DNA from: an uncultured Candidatus Rokubacteria bacterium
GTDB taxonomy: Bacteria > Methylomirabilota > Methylomirabilia > Rokubacteriales > DASRDR01
Direction: 5' to 3'
DNA: 52,994 nucleotides
Assembly (NCBI GenBank): GCA_963708025.1
Contig: CAVPSB010000048.1
Span: forward strand, 1 to 52,994
Under the pieces are notes generated by a model. The model saw only the letters and a list, made by a program, of their open reading frames with translations. It did no database searches and was not told the DNA's origin. Shown here piece by piece: positions 1 through 9,664 of the stretch. Every line of letters starts with the position of its first letter. Position 1 is the first letter of the stretch. Made by a program: the position numbers and the translations under genes.

Positions 1-6
1 GCTCAA

Positions 7-747
7 TTGCTCAACATGGTGTGGATGCGGATGGCGTCGCTCCCAGTCGCCAGATATGCGCCACTACTCGAATATCTCGACGGACATCTCCACCTCATCT
101 CGGGCGCGACTGAAGATCGAGAGACGATCTCGACTGACCATTTCATCATGAGAATTCGGGACAAGAGCGCCGACGCGCCGGGGGCGCTGCCGAGCCTCGA
201 CAGCCAGGTCTGGCGCACGGGGCCGCCGATTCCCATGGGTGGCGATCACGCAGCTTCGGTCGTGCTCGACGGAGAGATATACGTCATCGGCGGAGAGCAC
301 GGGCATGCCGCCGTGACCATGGACGCGTCGAAGTGCTGCGGCACCTATTGGGCTCATCCTTATCTCTTTCGGTACGATCCCCACCGAGAACAGTGGCAAC
401 GCCTAGCCGATCTGCCGTTCGCGGTCTCACATATCGAATCGCAAGTCATCGTCCTCGACGGCAAGATCGTGGTGCTGGGCGGCACCGGGGACCGCGATGT
501 GTTTTCGGACAGGGTGCAGGAATACGATCCCTCGCGAGATCGCTGGAGGCAAATGAAGCGCCTACCGCGCCCGCGAAAGGGCGGCGTCGTCTGGCACGCG
601 GAAGGTGTCATCTATTTCAATGGCGGCCAGCTCACGCCCAATGGGCGTCATCGATTCGTCGTTGCCGAAACAATGGCCGCAAAGATCCGGCGAAGGTCGT
701 GGTTCTCTTTCTTCACGCGGAGAGAAGGTGGGCGTGTCAGCGCATGA
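7..747 (+). CDS. Kelch-repeat beta-propeller protein (probably 5'-partial at window edge)
   Basis: Repeated Kelch motifs: IYVIGG, YDP..W, IVVLGG, EYDPSRDRW, IYFNGG. Confidence 0.8.
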   Translation: MLNMVWMRMASLPVARYAPLLEYLDGHLHLISGATEDRETISTDHFIMRIRDKSADAPGALPSLDSQVWRTGPPIPMGGDHAASVVLDGEIYVIGGEHGHAAVTMDASKCCGTYWAHPYLFRYDPHREQWQRLADLPFAVSHIESQVIVLDGKIVVLGGTGDRDVFSDRVQEYDPSRDRWRQMKRLPRPRKGGVVWHAEGVIYFNGGQLTPNGRHRFVVAETMAAKIRRRSWFSFFTRREGGRVSA

Positions 748-859
748 CTCTACCCGGGTCAGCTCTACTGGGCGCCGACCTTCTATCTGCCGCCCCACGC
801 TGACGTTCTGTTCGAAGTGGATCCCGACCCGTCTCGGGGCCGGGCGAAGGCCGCTCCTG

Positions 860-1015
860 ACGCCGCTGGCGGCCTTGAGGAGGTCGTGGACGGGCTTCTC
901 GAGGTCCTACACCGCGTCCGGGACGTGCTGGCGGCCGGTACCGCCGAGCAGCGGAAGGCGGTGGTCCGGAGCTTCCTGGCCGGGATCCGAGTCGACAAGG
1001 CCGCGCGGCAGGCGA
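860..1015 (+). pseudogene. C-terminal fragment resembling a large serine recombinase tail
   Basis: GTAEQRKAVVRSFLAGIRVDK resembles the 'E.RK.L...I..I.V' tail of large serine recombinases; no N-terminus present. Confidence 0.4.
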
Positions 1016-1422
1016 TTGGCCCGGGCCAGAAAGTGCTCGGCCAGCAGAAGCACGTCCTCTCCCCGCTTCCCCAGGGGAGGAAGCTCTACCCTGATGACCG
1101 CCAGCCGGTGGTAAAGATCCTCACGGAAACGGCGCGCCCGCACTGCACCGTCCAAATCCTCGCTCGTGGCGGCGAGCAGCCACACGTCCACGGGCTCATT
1201 CCGTGTGCTCCCCAGGCGTCGCACCGCCCGGTCTTCCAGGACCTTCAGCAGCTTCGCCTGCAGGGCCTCGGGCAGTAGCCCCACTTCGTCGAGGAACAGC
1301 GTCCCGCGGTGCGCCGCCTGGAACAGCCCCGGCTTGGCCTGCCGGGCGTCCGTGAACGCTCCACGTTCGAACCCGAAGAGCTCGGCCTCGAGGAGGGTCT
1401 CGGGGATGGCGGCGCAGTTGAC
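1015..1422 (-). pseudogene. Internal fragment of a sigma-54 activator AAA+ domain
   Basis: VNCAAIPETLLEAELFG, GAFTDA, LFLDE, RFREDLYHRL; lacks Walker A, N-terminus and HTH. Confidence 0.85.
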
Positions 1423-1423
1423 T

Positions 1424-1737
1424 TCGGGGCGGTGACGGAGCCCCACGCGGTGGGGCGGCTGCTGGCGGCGCTGGGGCTCGCCGCCCAGCCGCCGCCGGGC
1501 CACGCCGTCCCCGCCGCCTGACCCGCGCGCCCCCCGATCCGCCGGCCCCCCCGCGCGGCCCCTCCCCCGTCTGCCTGCCGACCCCGCGGGGCGGCTTCCG
1601 CGCCACCTCTCCGACCTCCCGACGCCCTTGCCGCGCGGGCCGGCGCGGCGCTACAGTCGGACTGCGGGGGCCAAGGCGAGAGCGAGGGGATGCGGGGCCA
1701 GGGAGAGGGCGAGAAAAACGTCGCTGGCATTTCCTAC
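1424..1737 (+). mobile_element. IS91/ISCR-like remnant: last codons of the transposase plus ori end (copy A)
   Basis: GAVTEPHAVGRLLAALGLAAQPPP..* resembles an IS91-family transposase C-terminus; ends ATTTCCTAC|GTTC (GTTC at 1738-1741). Confidence 0.65.
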
Positions 1738-1779
1738 GTTCGACAGCCGAAGCCGCCCGTCGTATAAAGGTCAATCGTC

Positions 1780-2280
1780 TCAGCGTGCGCTGCTCCGGCA
1801 AGCCCGAGCAGTGCGATCGTCGTCAGTAGAATCTTCATCCGAGGTGTGCTCGATGACAACGCCGTACAGGAACTTCTCCCGAAGGAGCACTCGAGGTTGC
1901 TCTGCGACGCAACCATATATCCGGATGATGTCCCAAGCTCCACTGCCCGTCTCGTGATTCGACGTGAGGACAAGCAGCCCCCGACCGGTCCCGATGCCCA
2001 TGCCTTTCCTTATCTTTGTCTTCCAGTCACACGCACCCGGATCGGCGGGCCCGTCCGAATAGCAGCCTGAGCCATGTACGAGAAGCGCGTCCGGCCGGTC
2101 GATCTCCATGAACGCGACCAATCGATCGGCATCCGGAGCCAGGAGCTCGGAAGCACAGGACGCGCTGGCCGCGCGGGAAAGACCGAGGCTGATGCAGACA
2201 GCTCCCAAGACGGCCAGTACCCGGCGCACCGATATTCGAGACGATGTTGGAAACCCAGGCACGGCTCTCTCTTCCCGCAC
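1780..2280 (-). CDS. Hypothetical exported protein (3' end uncertain)
   Basis: Signal-peptide-like RRVLAVLGAVCISLGLSRAASA; Cys-containing body; no family recognised. Confidence 0.4.
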   Translation of the reverse strand: MREERAVPGFPTSSRISVRRVLAVLGAVCISLGLSRAASASCASELLAPDADRLVAFMEIDRPDALLVHGSGCYSDGPADPGACDWKTKIRKGMGIGTGRGLLVLTSNHETGSGAWDIIRIYGCVAEQPRVLLREKFLYGVVIEHTSDEDSTDDDRTARACRSSAR

Positions 2281-2530
2281 GCCTTCCTCGGGTCCATCCT
2301 ACCTCTGACCGCCTTACATTGGGATGCAAGACCGTGGAGGGTAGATGGGATGAAGCGGCTGACCCCCAGCTCGACGTGGTGGCATACACTGCCCCACCGA
2401 GAGAACGCGCTCGAACAGTCGGAGAGCAGGAGTGTGCGGCACGAGTGTGCGCGGCGGTAGACACGAAAGACGCCCGCGTGGACCAGACCGCGGTCGAGCG
2501 GAAACCCAGGAGGAGACCCTAACTATTATA

Positions 2531-3493
2531 ATGGCGAAGCCGAAGGCCAAGGGCACGTCGCGCGCAAGCCAGCCGCGCAAGCCGACCACGAAGGCCACGC
2601 GACCGGCGAAGGCAGGCGCGAAGACAGAGCCCGCTTCCCGGCTCATCGACCAGCGGATCCGCAACCTGGGGGGATGGCGCGGGGAGACCCTGGCCCGCAT
2701 GCGGGTGCTGATCCTGGGAGCCGACCCCGAGATGACCGAGGAGTGCAAATGGATCAAGCCCACGAACCCATTGGGCGTGCCCGTGTGGTCCCACGCTGGG
2801 ATTGTCTGCACCGGGGAGGCGTACACGAAGGTCGTGAAGCTCACGTTCGCCCGGGGGGCCAGCATCCCAGACCCATCGCGCCTCTTCAATTCCAGCTTGG
2901 AAGGCAACACGCGAAGGGCGATCGACATCCACGAAGGAGAGAAGGTCGATGCGGGCGCGTTCAAGGCGCTCGTGAAGGCCGCGGTGACCGCGAACGCAGG
3001 CACGAAGGCCAAGGGACCGCCGAAGGCAGGCGCGACGGCCAAGCCAGGTGCGAGTGCGGCCAAGCCGATCAAGGCGCGAAAAAGCGAGAAGGTCGTCCTC
3101 CTCTCGGGCGGCAACCCGCAAATCGCGAAGGCGGACGGCGACGCCCCGGTGCAGGCGTACATCGTCGCGATGCCGGGCTGGAAGAGCGACCTCGGGAAGC
3201 GCCTCGACGCGCTCATCGTGCGCAACGTGCCTAACGTGCGCAAGGCCGTGCGGTGGAACTCGCCCTTCTATGGCATCGAGGGCCACGGCTGGTTCCTCGC
3301 CTTCCATTGCTTCACGAAGTACGTCAAGGTGACGTTCCTCCGCGGCACGTCGCTGCGTCCACTTCCGCCCGTCGAGTCCAAGGACCCAAACACGCGCTAC
3401 CTCCACATCCACGAGGACGACCAGCTCGACGAGGAGCTCGTGGCGAGCTGGATCAGGCAGGCATCGGAGCTGCCCGGCGACCCTCTCTTCTGA
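2531..3493 (+). CDS. Tandem double DUF1801 (YdhG-like) protein
   Basis: Two DUF1801-like domains (GWRGETLARMR..KW..PVWSH; AMPGWK..KAVRWNSPFYG) joined by a K/A-rich linker; RBS AGGAGG before ATG 2531. Confidence 0.8.
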   Translation: MAKPKAKGTSRASQPRKPTTKATRPAKAGAKTEPASRLIDQRIRNLGGWRGETLARMRVLILGADPEMTEECKWIKPTNPLGVPVWSHAGIVCTGEAYTKVVKLTFARGASIPDPSRLFNSSLEGNTRRAIDIHEGEKVDAGAFKALVKAAVTANAGTKAKGPPKAGATAKPGASAAKPIKARKSEKVVLLSGGNPQIAKADGDAPVQAYIVAMPGWKSDLGKRLDALIVRNVPNVRKAVRWNSPFYGIEGHGWFLAFHCFTKYVKVTFLRGTSLRPLPPVESKDPNTRYLHIHEDDQLDEELVASWIRQASELPGDPLF

Positions 3494-3505
3494 TATTCTC
3501 GTGGC

Positions 3506-3991
3506 GTGCCGCGCGAGAAGAAGCGTGCTCCGATCCTTCTGCCTCCGGGCGCAGGCCGCGCGTACGCGATGGGCCCGGTGCACGCCGTCTTCAAGGCGGA
3601 CGGCGACGAGACGCGCGGGCGGTACTCGATCTCGGAGTGGTGGCTCGAGCCCTACACGCGCGGCCCCGGCGCGCACACGCACGAGGAAGACGACGTCTTC
3701 TTCGTGATCGAGGGGACGATGAGCTTCTTCGTGGGCGGCGCGTGGATCGACGCGCCAAAGGGCTCGCTGGTGATCGCGCCCGGAGGCACGGCGCACGACT
3801 TCGAGAACCGCACCGCCGAGCGGGCGGGCGCGCTCAACCTCTCGGTGCCCGGCGACTTCGAGCCGCACATGGGGGGGATCGCCGAGTGGTTCCGCGCGCG
3901 CTCCGCCGCCGCGTCCCGCACGGCGAACGCGCCACGCAGCCAATCGGTCAGTCCAGGCAGCCGACCCGCTCGAAGGAGGGGGCGCGGTTGA
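3506..3991 (+). CDS. Cupin-domain protein
   Basis: GPGAHTHEEDDVFFVIEG and PGGTAHDF cupin motifs. Confidence 0.85.
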   Translation: MPREKKRAPILLPPGAGRAYAMGPVHAVFKADGDETRGRYSISEWWLEPYTRGPGAHTHEEDDVFFVIEGTMSFFVGGAWIDAPKGSLVIAPGGTAHDFENRTAERAGALNLSVPGDFEPHMGGIAEWFRARSAAASRTANAPRSQSVSPGSRPARRRGRG

Positions 3992-4316
3992 ACACTCGTC
4001 GGTGACATCCACGAGCACGCGCTCGCACTCCCGACGCGAACATGACGCTCGTCGACGTCACCGTGACGTTGGCCAACACGGGGAGCGAGCAGCCCGTTTG
4101 GCTTGGGTCGTTGGCGCTTCCCAAACCGCGAGGACGCCTCGCGCATTTCCGTCCGGTACCTACGCGTGATCGAGGATCACGCTCGGTGATTCATAATAGT
4201 TGCGTTATCTCGCTCGTTGGGTCCCGTAGCGGCGGCAGGACCTCGCAAGCAGTCCGTCACCGGATGTTGAACAGCGCGGAGAGCGCGATCGACCACGCGA
4301 CGGTAGATTGGGCTCG

Positions 4317-4424
4317 ATGACGAGCGATGCGAAGGTCGGGGTGGACCGAGCCGCCATCGAACGGAGTTGGAAGGCGCGCGGCTTCTCCTGCGGGCTGTGG
4401 GTCGATCCACCGGGCCGAACGTAG
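4317..4424 (+). pseudogene. N-terminal fragment of a small cupin-like gene truncated by the IS91-like end
   Basis: MTSDAKVGVDRAAIERSWKARGFSCGLWVDPPGRT*; the stop codon lies inside the element end after GAAC. Confidence 0.55.
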
Positions 4425-4680
4425 GCAGTGAAAATACGCCCTTTCTCGCCCCCGCCACACGGCCTGGTGTCCGCCCAGGCGTCGCGTCATCACGGTGGGG
4501 CGTCGCGTCATTCGGGTGGGCGGAGTGGAGCGCGCGGCGGAGGGGCCCGGCAAGGCGACGGGAGGTCGGTGAGATGAGGCCCGGAACCCGCCCCGCCGGG
4601 GCCGCGAACAGACGGGGACGGCGGCGCCGGTGGTGGGCGCGATTGCGCGCCGGTCAGGCGGCGGGGGCGTTCCGGGCATA
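4421..4680 (-). mobile_element. IS91-like ori end remnant (copy B), inverted relative to copy A
   Basis: Begins GAAC|GTAGG; colinear similarity with the reverse complement of 1510-1737 (cggcaag..cgggaggtcgg..cggaa.ccgccccgc..cagacgggg..gtcaggcggcgggg). Confidence 0.65.
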
Positions 4681-4734
4681 GCGAGCCGCGGGACGCTTGA
4701 CAGGTCGCCGCTAAGTTAGCAACAGTAAAGGCAC

Positions 4735-4811
<77 letters not shown>

Positions 4812-4818
4812 CCACTAC

Positions 4819-4857
4819 CGCGAGAAATCCCACGCTGGCCGCGGGGTTTCTGCTCGC
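4819..4857 (+). terminator. Imperfect hairpin after tRNA-Arg
   Basis: gcgagaaatcccacg...cgcggggtttctgctcgc. Confidence 0.45.
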
Positions 4858-4985
4858 TGTCACCCCGGTCTCCTGGGATGGGGTGTGATGGAGTGAGATG
4901 GGTTGTGACGGAGCATCGTAGCGAAATGCGTAGCGAAGAGGCCGCAACCCGGCCGACCACCCGACGCCGAGGAGGGTCTCAGATC

Positions 4986-5972
4986 ATGGCCGAAGCTCCC
5001 GATCGCAACCTCGCTCTCGAGCTCGTGCGCGTGACCGAGGCGGCCGCACTCGCTGCCGCCCGCTGGGTCGGGCTTGGGGACAAGACCGCCGCCGACCAGG
5101 CTGCGGTGGACGCCATGCGCTACATGCTGGAGTCGGTCGAGATGGACGGCATCGTCGTCATCGGCGAGGGGCAGAAGGACGAGGCGCCGATGCTCTACAA
5201 CGGCGAGCGCATCGGATCGGGCCGCGGCAGCGCGGTCGATGTCGCCGTCGACCCCCTGGAGGGTACCGAGCTCTGCGCCAGAGGGCAGCCCAACGCGCTG
5301 GCCGTGATTGCCGCCTCCGACCGCGGCACGATGTTCGACCCGGGGCCGTGTGTCTACATGGAGAAGCTCGCCGTCGGCCCGGACGTCGGGGAGGCGATCG
5401 ACATCAACGCCCCGATCGAGCACACGCTCGAGCTCGTGGCGCGGGCCAAGCGCGTGCGGCCCCGGGACCTGATGGTGGTGATCCTCGACCGGCCGCGCCA
5501 CGAGGAGATGGTCAAGCGGATCCGCGCGGTCGGCACGCGCATCCGCTTCATTTCCCACGGGGACGTCTCCGGCGCCCTGATGGCGGCGAGCCCCGACACG
5601 GGCGTCGACCTGCTCTGGGGCATCGGCGGGACACCTGAAGGGGTCCTCTCGGCGGCGGCGTTCAAATGCCTCGGCGGCCAGTTCCAGGGCAAGCTGTGGC
5701 CGCGCAACGAGCAGGAACGGCACGCCGCGATCGCGGCCGGCTACGACGTCGGCCGAGTTCTCACCGGTGACGATCTCGTCAAGGGTGGCAACACGTTCTT
5801 TGCCGCGACCGGCGTCACCGATGGGGATCTGCTGCACGGCGTACGGTACGAGCGCGGTGGCGCCCTCACCTATTCGCTGGTCATGCGCTCCAAGTCCGGC
5901 ACCGTGCGGAGACTGCAGGCGACCCACAGCCTGAAGAAGCTGGAGGGGCTGGCCGGTGGCCGCTACGCGTAA
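4986..5972 (+). CDS. glpX: Class II fructose-1,6-bisphosphatase
   Basis: [48 protein letters not shown]. Confidence 0.95.
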   Translation: MAEAPDRNLALELVRVTEAAALAAARWVGLGDKTAADQAAVDAMRYMLESVEMDGIVVIGEGQKDEAPMLYNGERIGSGRGSAVDVAVDPLEGTELCARGQPNALAVIAASDRGTMFDPGPCVYMEKLAVGPDVGEAIDINAPIEHTLELVARAKRVRPRDLMVVILDRPRHEEMVKRIRAVGTRIRFISHGDVSGALMAASPDTGVDLLWGIGGTPEGVLSAAAFKCLGGQFQGKLWPRNEQERHAAIAAGYDVGRVLTGDDLVKGGNTFFAATGVTDGDLLHGVRYERGGALTYSLVMRSKSGTVRRLQATHSLKKLEGLAGGRYA

Positions 5973-6046
5973 TCGCGCGGCGACGATGGACCCTCGATTT
6001 CTGGCGCCCAGACGCCCGTCCCGCAGCGCGGCCTTGCCGAGCGTCG

Positions 6047-6309
6047 CCGATCTCGCGGTGCGGGTGGGCATCAACACCGGCGACGTGGTGGCCGGCAATG
6101 TGGGCTCGGAGACGCGGATGGACTACACGGTGATCGGGGACAACGTGAACGTGGCGTCGCGGATCGAGGCCAACGGGCGGGGCGGCGAGATCCACATCAG
6201 CGAGGCGACCTTCCTGGACATCCGGGGGGCGGTCGCCGCCGCCCGGCTCGACCCCATCGTCGTGAAGAATCGCGTTCAGCCCGTGCAGATCTACTCGGTT
6301 CAGTCCTAG
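6047..6309 (+). pseudogene. C-terminal half of a class III adenylate/guanylate cyclase
   Basis: [31 protein letters not shown]-terminal metal-binding half is absent. Confidence 0.8.
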
Positions 6310-6313
6310 ATCA

Positions 6314-6336
6314 TTCGGGGGGGTTCTCGGAAGACC
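6314..6336. repeat. Partial copy of a REP-like unit containing TCTCGGAAGACC
   Basis: Same 12-mer at 52612-52623 and reversed at 52793-52804; lies between convergent genes. Confidence 0.5.
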
Positions 6337-6355
6337 GATCGACGCGGGGCCGGCG

Positions 6356-7186
6356 CTATCCCTTGATGCCGCCGGCGGTGAGGCCGCTGACGACCCGCTC
6401 CTGGAAGACGGCGATCAGGAGGCAGACGGGCACGATGGCGATCACCAGGGCCGCCGAGATGATGGGCCACGGGAACGAGAACTCGCCCTGGTAGAGGGTG
6501 ATCCCGACCGGCAGCGTGCGGCTGGCCACGCGGGGCGAGAGCGTCAGGGCCAGGAGGAATTCGTCCCACGCATTGACGAAGGCGAGAATGGCCGCCGTGA
6601 ACACGCCCGGCGCCGCCAGCGGCACCACGACGTGCCGGAGGGCGGCGAGCCGGGAGCAGCCGTCGATCATGGCGGCGTGCTCGAGGTCCCGGGGAATGTC
6701 CTGGAAGAACGCCACCAGGACCAGGGTGCAGATCGGCATGGACAGGACGGCGTAGGGCAGGATCAGCGCCGGATAGGTGTTGAGCAGTCCGGCATCCCGC
6801 ATCACCTGGAAGAGCGGCACGACCAGCGAGATCAGGGGGAACATCGACACCGCGAGCAGGACCGACAGGATGAGCCCCGGGGCGGGCAGCGGCAGCCGGA
6901 CCAGCGCGTAGGCGGCCAGGGCCGAGACCAGCACGCCGAGGAGGGTCGAGGCCGCCGCCACCACCAGGGAGTTTCCCAGGAACGTCAGGATCGGCTGGTC
7001 GACGAAGACGCGGACGTAGTTGTCGAGCGTGGCCGCGGCCGGCCAGATCGTGATCGGGACGCGCATCAGCTCGGTCTCGGTCTTGAACGAGGTCAGCAGG
7101 ATCCAGGCCGCCGGGAGGAAGCCGTTGGCGGCGACCACCAGCCCCGCCACCCACACGGTCCGCCGGCGGCTGCGCAACCGGCGCAT
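6356..7186 (-). CDS. Carbohydrate ABC transporter permease (MalG-like)
   Basis: EAA loop DLEHAAMIDGCS, WDEFLLAL; TGATG coupling with the upstream gene. Confidence 0.9.
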   Translation of the reverse strand: MRRLRSRRRTVWVAGLVVAANGFLPAAWILLTSFKTETELMRVPITIWPAAATLDNYVRVFVDQPILTFLGNSLVVAAASTLLGVLVSALAAYALVRLPLPAPGLILSVLLAVSMFPLISLVVPLFQVMRDAGLLNTYPALILPYAVLSMPICTLVLVAFFQDIPRDLEHAAMIDGCSRLAALRHVVVPLAAPGVFTAAILAFVNAWDEFLLALTLSPRVASRTLPVGITLYQGEFSFPWPIISAALVIAIVPVCLLIAVFQERVVSGLTAGGIKG

Positions 7187-8113
7187 CAGGCGCGCGCCTG
7201 GGCCGGATCGCGGCGCGTGTAGCGCAGATAGCCGGTGGTGGCCACGAGCGAGACGCCGAACATCAGCACGGCCAGGGCCGAGCCGTAGCCGAAGTCGAGC
7301 GCCTCGATCGTGGTGCGATGGATGTACATGGCCAGCGTCTCGGTCGCCGTGCCGGGGCCGCCGTTGGTCATGGCGTACGGGATGTCGAAGGTCTGGATGG
7401 CGGTGATCGTGCGGAAGATGAGGGCCACCACCAGGGCCGGGCGGAGCATCGGCAGGGTAACCTCGCGGAACCGCTGCCAGGTCGAGGCGCCGTCCACCTC
7501 GGCCGCCTCGTAGAGCGACGCCGGGATCGTCTGGAGGCCGGCCAGCAGGACCAGGGCGACGAAGCTCGACGACTTCCAGATGATCGACAGACAGATGGCC
7601 GTGAGCGCCAGGATGGGATCGGTGAGCCAGCTCAGCTGGCGAGAGCCCGACGAGGCGGAGCGCGTTGTTGACGATGCCCTGGTTGTACTCGAAGAACCAG
7701 CGGAAGATCAGGCCGGCGAAGACCAGCGGCAGCGCCCAGGGCAGGAGCAGGCCCAGCCGGACCGGCCACTTGATCCGGAAGGGCCGGTCGGCCAGGAGGG
7801 CCAGGCCGAGCCCGATCGCCACGGCGCCGGGCACCGTGACGAGGATGTAGAGCAGGGTGTGCCCCGTCGCTTCCCAGAAGCGGGCGTCACCCATGGCGCG
7901 CGCGTAGTTCGCGAGGCCCACGAACGGCGTGCCACGCCCGGGCTGGGCGAGGTGCTGGAACCGGAGGCTCGTCTCCACGAGGCGGGCGATCGGATAGAGG
8001 ACGACGGCCGCCAGCAGCAGGAAGGCCGGGGCCAGCATGAGCACGCCGAGCCGGCGCTCGGCGCGCTCGCGGGGGGTGAGGCGGGGGCGTGCCGGGCCGC
8101 CCCGGGGCGTCAG
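7186..8113 (-). CDS. Carbohydrate ABC transporter permease (MalF-like); frameshift near 7640; start approximate
   Basis: FVGLANY motif in one frame and DGASTWQRFREVTLP/TNGGPGTATET in another. Confidence 0.85.
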
Positions 8114-8127
8114 TTCAAGACCTCCCG

Positions 8128-8195
8128 CCCACCCCCCAACCCTCCCTCCCCCACCGTTGGACGGCCTTCGGCCTGTGGCCGGGGGGAGGGGGGAG
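8128..8195. repeat. REP-like palindromic intergenic element
   Basis: CCCTCCCCC...GGGGGAGGG arms around GACGGCCTTCGGCCTGTGGCC; related copy at 36004-36060 on the opposite strand. Confidence 0.6.
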
Positions 8196-8222
8196 TCGGA
8201 CGACCCATTCCTTCAGACGTTC

Positions 8223-9488
8223 TTACTGGAAGATGGGGCCGAGCCGGCTCGTCATGTCGCCGAGCGCCGCGTCGGCGGACTTCGTCCCGGCGAGGAACGC
8301 GTTCATGTTGGTGCGGATGATCTCGGACACCTCGGTGTAGCGGGGCGAGACCGGGCGCGACCGCGCCGACTGCACGACCGGGAGGGCGTCCTTGAACCAG
8401 GGGTTGGCCTTGAGCACCTCGGGATCGCCGTAGACCTCGGGGAACACGGGGAGATGTGACGCCAGGACCGCCTGGACCCTGGAGACCTCCGGCGACGAGA
8501 GGTACCGGACGAGCTTCACCGCCTCCGCCTTGTTTTTCGAGTAGGCCGACACCGCGACCTGCCAGCCGCCGATGCAGGTCGCCCCCTTGTCGGCGGTGAA
8601 GCCCGGCAGGGGGACGACGGCGGTCTTGCCCTTCACCGTCGAGTCGGCGTCGTTCTGCGTCCGGTTCCAGACGTAGCCCCAGGTCATGGCGTAGACGAGG
8701 TTGCCGGCCTGGAAGTTCTGGCGGATGCGATCGGTCGGGATCTCGGCCAGGTTGACCGGCGTCACCTTGGCGGCCTTGAGATCGGTCCAGAGCTGGAAAG
8801 GTTTCCTGGCCGCGTCGGTGCCGAGCTGGAGCTTGCCGCTCCCGTCCGTCAGGTCGCCGCCCGCCCCCCACATCGGCACCAGATAGGTACAGACCGTCCC
8901 CTCGATGGGCGCCCCCGCCGTCTGGAAGCCCGAGAGCTGGGGGTTCCCCTCGGATTTCATGATCTTCTCGGCGGAGGTCCGGAGGTCATCCCAGGTCCGG
9001 GGCGGCTTGAGCCCGTGCTTGTCGAGGAGGTCCTTCCGGTAGTAGAGGAACTGGGCGTCCGCGAAGTAGGGCAGCGCGATGATCTTCCCGCCGACGACGT
9101 TGGCCGCGCGGTAGGCGGGGAGGTACTGCCCCATGATCCGGTCGCGGTCGGCGCCGAGGTAGCCGTCCAGGGGCTCGGCCCAGCCGGCCGCCGCCCACTG
9201 GGCCGGTCGGATGACGTCGATGAGGATGACGTCGAGCGCGGAGTCCTTCGAGGCGAGCACCGTGTTGAGGTACTGCTGCTGCTGCTCGGAGGTGGCGCCG
9301 CCGACCTCGATCTCGATCTTGGCGCCGGGGTTCCGTTTCTCGTACTCGTCGGCGATCTTGCGCATGACGTCGGGACGCTGCTGGCCGCCGGTGAAGATGC
9401 GCAGCTTGGTCTGCTGGGCGGGAGCGGCCGTCGCCGCCGCCAGGGACAGGGTCGTGACGAGCGCCAGCGCGGCGATGCGAGGATGCAT
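8223..9488 (-). CDS. Sugar ABC transporter substrate-binding protein
   Basis: Signal peptide; LYYRKDLL, PPRTWDDL, IGGWQVAVS motifs of SBP_bac_1. Confidence 0.92.
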   Translation of the reverse strand: MHPRIAALALVTTLSLAAATAAPAQQTKLRIFTGGQQRPDVMRKIADEYEKRNPGAKIEIEVGGATSEQQQQYLNTVLASKDSALDVILIDVIRPAQWAAAGWAEPLDGYLGADRDRIMGQYLPAYRAANVVGGKIIALPYFADAQFLYYRKDLLDKHGLKPPRTWDDLRTSAEKIMKSEGNPQLSGFQTAGAPIEGTVCTYLVPMWGAGGDLTDGSGKLQLGTDAARKPFQLWTDLKAAKVTPVNLAEIPTDRIRQNFQAGNLVYAMTWGYVWNRTQNDADSTVKGKTAVVPLPGFTADKGATCIGGWQVAVSAYSKNKAEAVKLVRYLSSPEVSRVQAVLASHLPVFPEVYGDPEVLKANPWFKDALPVVQSARSRPVSPRYTEVSEIIRTNMNAFLAGTKSADAALGDMTSRLGPIFQ

Positions 9489-9664
9489 GGAGTCCCCCTT
9501 CTCCGGGGGCCACGGCCGGGCCAGCCGGCGGGCGCCCCGGGATGACCAGCCAAACGGGAACCGCGATGGCCAAGGATGCCGCGAAACGCCGGGACCGTCA
9601 ACGACGAGCCGCCCGGGGGGTCGCCCGGTGTCGAGGGCGCGTGAATCGCGGTAGCATTGCCGCT

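Noticed and set aside
4185-4215. dif/cer-like site (gtgattcataa-tagttgcg-ttatctcgctc) next to the hairpin at 4164-4182, with a 9-bp inverted match at 2521-2529
   Set aside because: The XerD arm matches poorly, the spacer is not 6 bp, and a 9-bp match is too short to support a recombination site.
6356-8044. 562-aa fused double permease
   Set aside because: Frameshift near 7640; the TGATG junction at 7184-7188 shows two genes.
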